Origin: an uncultured Muribaculaceae bacterium
GTDB lineage: Bacteria; Bacillota_I; Bacilli_A; RF39; UBA660
Assembly (NCBI GenBank): GCA_964369155.1
Contig: CAYJEI010000001.1
Span: 607-64,606 of the forward strand
Reading direction: 5' to 3'
Length of the DNA: 64,000 nt
In this document: positions 28,363 through 36,720 of the stretch, one piece after another
How the letters are laid out: every line of letters starts with the position of its first letter
How positions within the stretch are numbered: the stretch's first letter is position 1
Program-made: the position numbers and the translations under genes
The notes under the pieces: generated by a model
Told to the model about the DNA's origin: nothing
Database searches by the model: none
The model's input: only the letters and a program-made list of their open reading frames with translations

Positions 28363-30534
28363 ATGGAGCAAATAAAAAAAGTTAAAAAAAGAGTAATAGT
28401 TATGATAGTAAGTGTACTTGTACTGACTATAAGCGTAGGATACGCATTTATAGCAGGAGGAGTAGGACCAGCTGCTAATACAGATGTGGATATAGCAAGT
28501 GGGTCTACAACTAAACTTACATTTACAGAAGGAACACCTATAGGTTTAGAGTTAAATCAAACAACGCTTGCTGAAGGTGGTAGTGATGTAAGAGGAACTA
28601 CTACATCAAGTGCAACACTTACACTTGGTACTAATGTGACAAGCGCAACAGAGTATTATCAAGTTTATTTAAATATAGAAGCAAATAATTTTATTTATAC
28701 AACATCAGCAAAAACACCAGAGATATTACTTTCAGTAACTGATCCTGAAGGAAATGCTAAAAGTATAGAAGGTCTTCCAGAAGTATCTGCTGGAGTATAT
28801 GACATAACAGATTATAAAGGTCTTATAAAAATAGTAGAAGATTACGAAATTACAGGAAGCACTACAACAGTGCATGACTGGGAAGCAACAATAACATTTG
28901 TAAATTTAGACTCAAATCAAGCAGCTAATAGTGAAAAATCATTAGATGCAACTCTTATATTACAACAACCGAAAATGATGATACCAGATATAGGAATAGT
29001 AACTCCGGAAGGATGCACAGACTGTGGTCCAGGTGAAACAGTAGTAACTCCATCTACAGGAGATGTAGGGGAAAATGGTTCTACATATGATATATATACA
29101 GTAGGCTATGTAACTAATACATCAGCAACTGGAGTAACATACTCTATAGATATAAAAATACCAGGAATGGATTACTCTAAGCAAACTTTAGAACTAGTAA
29201 ATACAGCAGAAGTAATGGAACTTTTATTTGATTATGAAGAGTATATAGATTTTAAAGGTTCAGGAGTAATATCTAGTGGAAATACTGATGCAAGTGCAGT
29301 AGCAACAGCAAACGATCTTCATACATCATCAATGAAAGAAAGTAACTTAACTATAAATAGTGTAAAAGTAACATGTGGATCAGATAAATGTACAGCAGTA
29401 ATAACTGAAACATTTAGTAACTTATCAGGGTTAACAGCACACTCTACAACAACAAATAGTGGAGCAGCAATTAATGCAATATATAATGGAATAATGTTTA
29501 ATGTAATGTTAAGTGAAAAAACTGACCCATGTATAAATCCAACATCATCAAAAGATTTAATACTATGTCACAATGGAGGGCAAGCAGTAATAGAGGCAAA
29601 AGCAGAGCCTGATTTTACACAAGTAGCTGATACAAATGAAGGAATGTTTGCAGCAGAAGATGAATATGGAACAAGTTACTATTATAGAGGTGCTGTAGAC
29701 AATAACTGGGTGTTATTTAATGGAATATACTGGAGAATAGTAAGTATAGCAGGAGATGGCTCATTAAAACTACTTTATAGTGGCACTACAGCGCCGACAA
29801 GTTCAACAGCAACTGTTATGACTGGAAGTGGAACAGAGATAGGTACTAGCGCGTTTAATACAAGTATTAATGATAATGCGTATGTAGGATACATGTATAC
29901 TTTAAATCAAAGACAAGGATTAGGAACATCAAGTACAATAAAAGGAACTTTAGAAACCTGGTATACAACTAATATGAATGGAGTTGACTCACAAATAGCA
30001 GATAATATATTTTGTTATGATAGGAGTTTAGCTACAGCTGGATTTCAAAATTATAATTATGGCTCAACAAATGGAATTTATACAGGAACTGGAATAGGAA
30101 CAAGTGGTACATTATACGGAGTGACTGCAAGAATAACAGCATCAAGTAGTTCTTTTGGCCCAGGGGGAACAGGACCAGACTTAATGTGTCCTAGCAAAGA
30201 AGATGCGTATACAGTAGATGATACAACAAACGGAAATGGAGCTCTTTCTAAAAAAGTAGGGTTACTCACTGCCGATGAGGCAGTAATGGCAGGCCTTGCG
30301 TCTGGCATAAACATCTTTAGTAACTATTTGTACACAAATAGTAGGTACTGGTTGGGATCTCCTTTTGGGTTCTATTCTAGTTCTCATGCTCGTGTGTGGT
30401 ATGTGTATTCTTCTGGTCGTTTGAGCAACGATTATGTCAATTATGTTTGTGGTGTCCGCCCTACAGTTTATCTTTCATCTAATATCGTGTTAAGCGGAAC
30501 AGGTGAGTGGAACGACGTTTACAAAATAAATTAG
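28363..30534 (+). CDS. Secreted mosaic protein, paralog 3 (long form, extra about 190-aa insert)
   Basis: Signal ending ISVGYAF; N-domain type B shared with paralog 4; C-terminal module and 3' flank shared with paralog 2. Confidence 0.8.
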   Translation: MEQIKKVKKRVIVMIVSVLVLTISVGYAFIAGGVGPAANTDVDIASGSTTKLTFTEGTPIGLELNQTTLAEGGSDVRGTTTSSATLTLGTNVTSATEYYQVYLNIEANNFIYTTSAKTPEILLSVTDPEGNAKSIEGLPEVSAGVYDITDYKGLIKIVEDYEITGSTTTVHDWEATITFVNLDSNQAANSEKSLDATLILQQPKMMIPDIGIVTPEGCTDCGPGETVVTPSTGDVGENGSTYDIYTVGYVTNTSATGVTYSIDIKIPGMDYSKQTLELVNTAEVMELLFDYEEYIDFKGSGVISSGNTDASAVATANDLHTSSMKESNLTINSVKVTCGSDKCTAVITETFSNLSGLTAHSTTTNSGAAINAIYNGIMFNVMLSEKTDPCINPTSSKDLILCHNGGQAVIEAKAEPDFTQVADTNEGMFAAEDEYGTSYYYRGAVDNNWVLFNGIYWRIVSIAGDGSLKLLYSGTTAPTSSTATVMTGSGTEIGTSAFNTSINDNAYVGYMYTLNQRQGLGTSSTIKGTLETWYTTNMNGVDSQIADNIFCYDRSLATAGFQNYNYGSTNGIYTGTGIGTSGTLYGVTARITASSSSFGPGGTGPDLMCPSKEDAYTVDDTTNGNGALSKKVGLLTADEAVMAGLASGINIFSNYLYTNSRYWLGSPFGFYSSSHARVWYVYSSGRLSNDYVNYVCGVRPTVYLSSNIVLSGTGEWNDVYKIN

Positions 30535-30558
30535 GATTTTACCAGCACGAAAAGCCCA

Positions 30559-30584
30559 TTTCTGATAGGTCAAACGAGGGAGTC
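30559..30584 (+). terminator. Terminator-like hairpin GGTCAAACGA-gggag-TCGTTTGACC downstream of paralog 3
   Basis: 10-bp stem; 5' arm also present after paralog 2 where the IS follows. Confidence 0.5.
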
Positions 30585-30766
30585 GTTTGACCGTAATTTA
30601 GTTGTGGGGAATATCAAAAAATAGAGAAAGTCTGATTTATATCCGCCGAAAGGCGGAAAATATTTGACACAAAATATACATATTGGATATTTTGTGTCTT
30701 TTTGTAATTACGCATTATTTGCTTATCGTAAATTTGGTATAATATAATTGTATACAAGTTATACTG

Positions 30767-30912
30767 GGTTTTGTTACTTAGGGATCTCCTTTGGGTTCAA
30801 TTTTAATAATATTAATATATGGAAAGTGAATTCTTTTGGTAATTTGAAGAACAATAATGTCACTAATACTAATGGAATGCGTCTTGCAGAGCTTCCTTTC
30901 ATAATTTTAAAA
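30767..30912 (+). pseudogene. Frameshifted AT-rich fragment homologous to the C-terminal about 45 codons of the secreted-protein family
   Basis: Translates (with one frameshift) to LYW / YLGISFGFNFNNINIWKVNSFGNLKNNNVTNTNGMRLAELPFIILK*, which aligns to YWLGSPFGF...VWYVYSSGRL..GVRPTVYLSSNIVL; preceded by TTGCTT...TGgTATAAT promoter-like sequence. Confidence 0.55.
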
Positions 30913-31009
30913 TAAATCCATAAAATGATGTAAACTTTATAATAAACGAAGAATAAATTGTGATCATAGTAGTTTAAGATGTATAAATATATCTATAGTT
31001 ATGATATAT

Positions 31010-31265
31010 AATAAAGTGATGAGAAAACAAACAAAATTCATGGTCTATGTGCCTAGAATTAGGATAAGAGAAGAAATAGTGTATTAGTAGTACAGTGTGA
31101 AAAGTAAGTTGTTTTTATTCTCCACTACAGGAGATATTATGCAAAAATTTAGGTTACTCGAAAAAACTAGGAAAACAATTTCTAGTTAATAAATATGTTG
31201 CTTTGAATATATCTAAAATTTATTCAGTATATAGAAACGAATTAATTAAATCGATGTTTATTTTG
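31010..31265. repeat. About 250-bp noncoding repeat, copy B
   Basis: About 88% identical to 8225-8480. Confidence 0.8.
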
Positions 31266-31358
31266 TCTTAAGAACTTTTTTAAAAAGGTTAGATATAAGA
31301 AAGTTGTATAATTATAATAATTAGTAGAAAAAAAAGTTTCGTCAGTTTTTCTATTTAT

Positions 31359-31386
31359 TTGACTTGTAAATATATTGTGCTATAAT
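31359..31386 (+). promoter_or_regulatory. Near-consensus promoter TTGACT-N16-TATAAT for glmS leader
   Basis: Read directly. Confidence 0.6.
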
Positions 31387-31399
31387 TAAATTAGTTACA

Positions 31400-31570
31400 A
31401 TTCTAGTGCGGAGGATATAGAAAGTAATTAGCGCAGGGATTAAGGTATCTTAATTGACGAGGTGTATAGTTATCGATTTATCAGCGGATGCTATACCGGC
31501 CAAAAGTGGTCGTTAAATATATGACAAAAAATAAAATTTAAGATTATAACAAAGCATATATTAAGAAAGG
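31400..31570 (+). ncRNA. glmS ribozyme: glmS ribozyme (GlcN6P-responsive self-cleaving riboswitch)
   Basis: A|GCGCAGGG cleavage-site core (A31430/G31431), P1 AUUAAG..CUUAAU, GACGAGG, P2 GUGUAUAG-UUAUCGAUUUAUCAGCGGAUGC-UAUAC matching the B. subtilis glmS leader; immediately 5' of glmS. Confidence 0.85.
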
Positions 31571-31583
31571 AAATAATTTTTAT

Positions 31584-33380
31584 ATGTGTGGAATCATAGG
31601 TTACATTGGTAATAAAAATGTTACTGATGTTTTAATTAAAGGGCTTAAAGCCTTAGAATATAGAGGATATGACTCTAGTGGAATAGCTGTTTTAAACAAA
31701 GATGTTGAAGTTTTTAAAGCAGTTGGCAAAGTTGTAAATTTAGAAGAAAAAATAAAAGAAAATAAAGATTCTTTTAAATTAGGTATTGCTCATACAAGAT
31801 GGGCTACTCATGGAGGAGTAACAGAAGATAATTGTCATCCTCATAAATCTGGTGATATAACACTTGTTCATAATGGTATAATTGAAAATTACTCAGAACT
31901 AAGAGAAGATTTAATTAAAAAAGGATATGATTTTAAATCAGAAACAGATACAGAAGTTGCAGCTGCTTTAATAGATTCTTTAGTAAAGGAACATAGTTTA
32001 CTAAAAGGTATTGAAGAAGCTAAAAAATTAATGAGAGGTAGTTTTGCTCTTTTAATTATTTATAAAAATGAAGAAAAACTGTATTGTGTTCGTAAAAATA
32101 GTCCTCTTATTGTAGGGGTATCAGCAGAAGAAAATTTTGTGGCATCAGATATTAGTGCAATACTTCCGTATACAAATAAATATATGGAAATAACTGAAAG
32201 TGATATATTTGAAATTACGAAAGATAAAATTGTAGTATATGAAAATTTAAAAGAAATAAAAAAAGAAGTATTACAAGAAAATATGACTGTTGAAAGTGCT
32301 CAAAAAAATGGATATGATTATTTTATGTTAAAAGAAATTAATGAGCAAAAAGAGTTAGGTAAAAAAATAGCGTTAAAATATTTTCCAAACGGAGAATTTT
32401 CTGATGAAATTATTGATTTAAGTAAATATGAATATATAGATATTGTGGCATGTGGTTCTGCTTATTACGCAGGAGCAGTTGGTAAATATTTTTTAGATAA
32501 ATATGGAAAAAATCTAATTATTAATATAGATGTAGCTAGTGAGTATAGATATAAAACACATCATTTCAGAAAAAATACATTAGTAGTTGTTATGAGTCAA
32601 TCAGGAGAAACTGCTGATACAATAGCAGCAATGAGAATGGCTCATGAAAATGGAGTAGATACACTTGCTATAGTAAATAATACTTTATCTACAATTAGCA
32701 AAGAGTGTAAATATGTTATACCAATGATAGCTGGTCCAGAAATTGCAGTAGCTACTTCAAAAGGGTATTTTACACAAGTAATAATTTTTAATTTACTTAT
32801 TTTAAAATATATGGAATCAACAGGAATTAAATCAAAAGATGAAGTAAAAGAAATTATAAATGAAATAGCTAATTTAGAAAATAGATTAAATAAATTAATA
32901 AATGATATAGATTATAAAAATATAGCAAAAGAACTTATTGAAAAAGATCATATATATTTCATAGGTAGAGGTATAGATTATATTGTATCATTAGAAGGAA
33001 GTTTAAAATTAAAAGAAATAAGTTATATTCATAGTGACGTATATCAAGCAGGAGAACTTAAACATGGATCAATAGCCCTTATTGATAAAGAAACTCCAAT
33101 AGTAGCTTTAATTACAGATGAAATGTTAGCAGAAAAAACTGTAAGTAACATCATAGAAGCTAAAGCAAGAGGTGCTTTAGTATATACATTTAAAACAGAT
33201 AATATAAATACTCCGATTAATATGAGTGATCATGAAATAATCTATAAAAATGCGCCAGAGTTAATTAATCCTTTAATATCAATCGTGCCAATGCAGCTAC
33301 TTTCTTATTGTGTAGCACTATTAAAAGGCTGTGATATTGATAAACCAAAAAATTTAGCAAAATCAGTAACAGTTGAGTAA
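31584..33380 (+). CDS. glmS: Glutamine--fructose-6-phosphate aminotransferase
   Basis: MCGIIGY N-terminal nucleophile, two SIS domains, 598 aa. Confidence 0.95.
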   Translation: MCGIIGYIGNKNVTDVLIKGLKALEYRGYDSSGIAVLNKDVEVFKAVGKVVNLEEKIKENKDSFKLGIAHTRWATHGGVTEDNCHPHKSGDITLVHNGIIENYSELREDLIKKGYDFKSETDTEVAAALIDSLVKEHSLLKGIEEAKKLMRGSFALLIIYKNEEKLYCVRKNSPLIVGVSAEENFVASDISAILPYTNKYMEITESDIFEITKDKIVVYENLKEIKKEVLQENMTVESAQKNGYDYFMLKEINEQKELGKKIALKYFPNGEFSDEIIDLSKYEYIDIVACGSAYYAGAVGKYFLDKYGKNLIINIDVASEYRYKTHHFRKNTLVVVMSQSGETADTIAAMRMAHENGVDTLAIVNNTLSTISKECKYVIPMIAGPEIAVATSKGYFTQVIIFNLLILKYMESTGIKSKDEVKEIINEIANLENRLNKLINDIDYKNIAKELIEKDHIYFIGRGIDYIVSLEGSLKLKEISYIHSDVYQAGELKHGSIALIDKETPIVALITDEMLAEKTVSNIIEAKARGALVYTFKTDNINTPINMSDHEIIYKNAPELINPLISIVPMQLLSYCVALLKGCDIDKPKNLAKSVTVE

Positions 33381-33481
33381 AAAATATGTCTTATATAAAG
33401 TAAACTATAGAAAAAGTACATTTTAGTGCTTTTTTTGTTTTAAAAAATATGATATTATGATTATGATAGTGAGGTATATTT

Positions 33482-35590
33482 ATGGATGAAGATATATTTA
33501 AAGAATTAGATGAAGATAAAAATGATATAAAAGAAGTTATAGAACTAGAAAGCGAAGAAATTGCTGTTGAAGATGATGTAGTAATGGAAAAAAATAGAAA
33601 AGGTAGAAAAGGTAAAAAAGAAAAAAAACCATCATGGTTTAGTAAATTGCCTAAAAAGAAAAAGATAATAATTATAAGTATAATTGTAGTTGTTTTGCTA
33701 ATTATTATTGGTTTACTATTATATTTCTTTGTTTTTAGTAAAAGTGAAACAAAAGATAAAATAGAAGAAGTAAATATAGTAGTTGAAAAAAATAACTATA
33801 GATATGAAAATGGTGTTTTAGTATTTTTAGATTCAAATGATAAAGAAATTGGGAAATATGAATGTACAAATAAAGATCAAAATTTATGTTTAATAGCGTC
33901 TTATAGTATTGAAGAAAATCTATACACTTCTAAATATATAAATGAAGAAGGTGAAGAAATTAATTTTGATACACCTGTATTTTCTAATAGATATGTAATT
34001 GTTTATGATAATGAAAATTTGGATAACGAAAACCTTACATTATATGATCTAGAATTAAACAAGTCTTTAGGTGTTTACCAAAGTGTTAAAAGATATGATG
34101 ATAAAAATATTTATTTAGTAGATGAAAATGGCAAATATGGATTAATTAATTTAGAAGGTGAAGAGCCGCTAACAAAAATAGCTTTTGAATATAATTATCT
34201 AGGAAATAATATCGGTAGTTCCAAAATAGCATATAAACTAGATGACAAAAGTGGTTTACTTAATATAGATGGTACAAAATTTAAAGAAAATTTAAGTGGA
34301 ACAATATATAGTTATGATGATAATGGACTTGTAGTTCTAGAAACAAATGGGTCATATAAAATTTCAGGATTAACTAATACAGATGTATTAAAAGACAGTT
34401 ATAGTTTTATGTATATTGAAGAAGGATATATTTATTATGTAGATAATAATATGTTATATGTGAGACTAGATAATGGATCTAAACTTTACGAAGAAGGAAT
34501 AGAAATTTTAGAAGGTACAGTATTTGACAATGTAATTACTTACGATGAAAGTTATAAATTAATTAAAAGTGAGTATTTTATTGAAGCTATTGTTGAAACT
34601 GGAAGTTTAGAATTTACAATGAATGATGAAGAATATAGTTATAATAAATATGAAGCTTTAATAAATAATAATTATAATTACGTAAATTATTTTGATAAGA
34701 AACTTTACATTTATAGTGATGCTGCTAAAGAAGAAGATTATAAAATATACACATGCGAAAATGAAAATACCGTTGATGAATCTGATGCAAGCTTTGATAA
34801 TTGCTTTATTGCAACAGAATCAAAACTTCTTAACAGAACAAATGCAAAAGATACATTAGGGTTTATACCAATATACGGAAACAAATATATATTCATTAAT
34901 GATATGAAACCTAAATCTACAAGCGCCAACATAAAATTATGGGATTTAGATAAACCTGATGCAGAATATCCAATTGCAACTTATAAAAGTGTAGATATTG
35001 GTTACTACAATGACAGTAATGATATAATATCTGCAGATGCATCTAATTTAATAATAATGGCTCAAAATTTAAATAAATATTATGGTTTAATTAAACTAAA
35101 TAATACGAGTGTTGAATCTTTATTCGGAACAGAATTTATTTACTCAACAATCCAGCTTGCTAATGATGTATATTATACTAAAGATAAAGATGGGAATTAT
35201 AGAATATTTAACAAAAGTGGTACAGAGATAACTAACTCAGAAATTGAAATTAAAAATGAAATAGTTGATTATAATGGAAATTATTTGAAGGTTAAATCGG
35301 GTACTGGAAAATATTTAGTTTATAAAAATGATGGAACAATTGTAAGTAATGAACTTGCTAATATTAAACTTGGAACAGATAAATATCTAGGAGTTACAAG
35401 CGATGATAAAATAGAAGTATATAATTACAGTAATGGAAAAACAAATATACTTAGCGTAACAGTGCCGCTTTTAAGTTCAGATATTACATTTGTAGACAAT
35501 ACAACAGCTGGTTTTGAAATAATTTTTAAAGACAGTGAGCAAAAAGTAATAGGAACATATTCATTTAAACATAATGGTGAAGAAGTATGA
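33482..35590 (+). CDS. Membrane-anchored WG/KYG-repeat protein with Cys pairs
   Basis: Acidic then K-rich N-term, one TM, repeated NGKYGLINLEG..IAFEYNYLG motifs. Confidence 0.6.
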   Translation: MDEDIFKELDEDKNDIKEVIELESEEIAVEDDVVMEKNRKGRKGKKEKKPSWFSKLPKKKKIIIISIIVVVLLIIIGLLLYFFVFSKSETKDKIEEVNIVVEKNNYRYENGVLVFLDSNDKEIGKYECTNKDQNLCLIASYSIEENLYTSKYINEEGEEINFDTPVFSNRYVIVYDNENLDNENLTLYDLELNKSLGVYQSVKRYDDKNIYLVDENGKYGLINLEGEEPLTKIAFEYNYLGNNIGSSKIAYKLDDKSGLLNIDGTKFKENLSGTIYSYDDNGLVVLETNGSYKISGLTNTDVLKDSYSFMYIEEGYIYYVDNNMLYVRLDNGSKLYEEGIEILEGTVFDNVITYDESYKLIKSEYFIEAIVETGSLEFTMNDEEYSYNKYEALINNNYNYVNYFDKKLYIYSDAAKEEDYKIYTCENENTVDESDASFDNCFIATESKLLNRTNAKDTLGFIPIYGNKYIFINDMKPKSTSANIKLWDLDKPDAEYPIATYKSVDIGYYNDSNDIISADASNLIIMAQNLNKYYGLIKLNNTSVESLFGTEFIYSTIQLANDVYYTKDKDGNYRIFNKSGTEITNSEIEIKNEIVDYNGNYLKVKSGTGKYLVYKNDGTIVSNELANIKLGTDKYLGVTSDDKIEVYNYSNGKTNILSVTVPLLSSDITFVDNTTAGFEIIFKDSEQKVIGTYSFKHNGEEV

Positions 35591-36480
35591 TAAAAAAAGA
35601 TGATAAAGTAGTTTTATATATAATTGTAATTTTACTTATTATCTTTTTGCCTTTAAGTGCATATGGAACATATTTAAAATTTTTTACTAGTGACATGATA
35701 GAAAATCCAAATGAAAATTTCAAACATGAAGGAAGTTTATACTTTTACGAAAATGATGACTTACTAGGAACATATAAATGTATTAATACTTCATGCGATT
35801 ATGCAAAAAGTGTAGAAGATGAAATTTTTATGACTTATGAATATGAAAACGTGATGGAAAATATAGATATTTTAAATAGCAAATATGCCCTTATAGAAGA
35901 TAGTACTTATGTATTACAAGACATGGTAAATGATATACCGTTAACTACATTTGAAAGTGTAAAATTTTATAACTCGAATATTGAAGGAAATAATATATTT
36001 GTTAAAAATAATGGTAAATATGGCATGCTATCACTAGAAAGCATAAAGTTAATAATTCCATATGAATATGATTATTTAGGTGTAAAAAATTATTATAATA
36101 ATGGATTACTGCAAATATCAAATATTTTAGCAAAAAAAGATAATGGTTTTTTCATATTGAATGACAAAAATGAAGTGATAAGTAGTATATTTAATGAAAA
36201 TGTAATAGATTATAATAGTAACTATATAGTAACAACAAATAATATTGTATATGACTATGAAGGTAATAAAAATTTTGAATTAGTATTAATAAAACAAGTT
36301 TTTTTACTTAATGATTACATAATTATAATGGATGATAATGATAATATATTTGTATACGATAATAATTTCAATGAATTAAAATCATTTAATAGTAGCGGAG
36401 GTAGTTTAAGTGCTATAGAGCATTTAGAAACTATTGAAATTTTCATTGATAATATATCAATAGATAATGTTGAAAAATAA
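35587..36480 (+). CDS. Membrane-anchored WG/KYG-repeat protein (paralog of upstream gene)
   Basis: YKCINTSCDY and NGKYGMLSLE..IIPYEYDYLG similar to upstream ORF; start overlaps stop. Confidence 0.6.
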   Translation: MIKKDDKVVLYIIVILLIIFLPLSAYGTYLKFFTSDMIENPNENFKHEGSLYFYENDDLLGTYKCINTSCDYAKSVEDEIFMTYEYENVMENIDILNSKYALIEDSTYVLQDMVNDIPLTTFESVKFYNSNIEGNNIFVKNNGKYGMLSLESIKLIIPYEYDYLGVKNYYNNGLLQISNILAKKDNGFFILNDKNEVISSIFNENVIDYNSNYIVTTNNIVYDYEGNKNFELVLIKQVFLLNDYIIIMDDNDNIFVYDNNFNELKSFNSSGGSLSAIEHLETIEIFIDNISIDNVEK

Positions 36481-36484
36481 TATC

Positions 36485-36513
36485 TTGATAAATACTCAGT
36501 TATTTGTTAAAAT
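36485..36513 (+). promoter_or_regulatory. Promoter TTGATA-N17-TAAAAT for valS leader
   Basis: Read directly. Confidence 0.5.
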
Positions 36514-36519
36514 ATAGTC

Positions 36520-36712
36520 AGCAAGCAAAGAAGTTTGAGGAGTAAAATATTATTTATTTTTAGAGAGTTAGTGTGAGGTGAAAACTAACAATAAATATAT
36601 TTGAAGGTTGCAAACGGAGTTTGAACGGTTAGAACCGATATATTCTAGATAAGTTAAAATTAAGGTGGTACCGCGTATAATACGCCCTTTGGTATTACCT
36701 TTTTATTTTGGG
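36520..36712 (+). promoter_or_regulatory. T-box riboswitch leader of valS
   Basis: AGAGA box, conserved T-box AATTAAGGTGGTACCGCG (36657-36675), overlapping terminator GGTGGTACC...GGTATTACC + T-run. Confidence 0.8.
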
Positions 36713-36720
36713 AGGATAAA

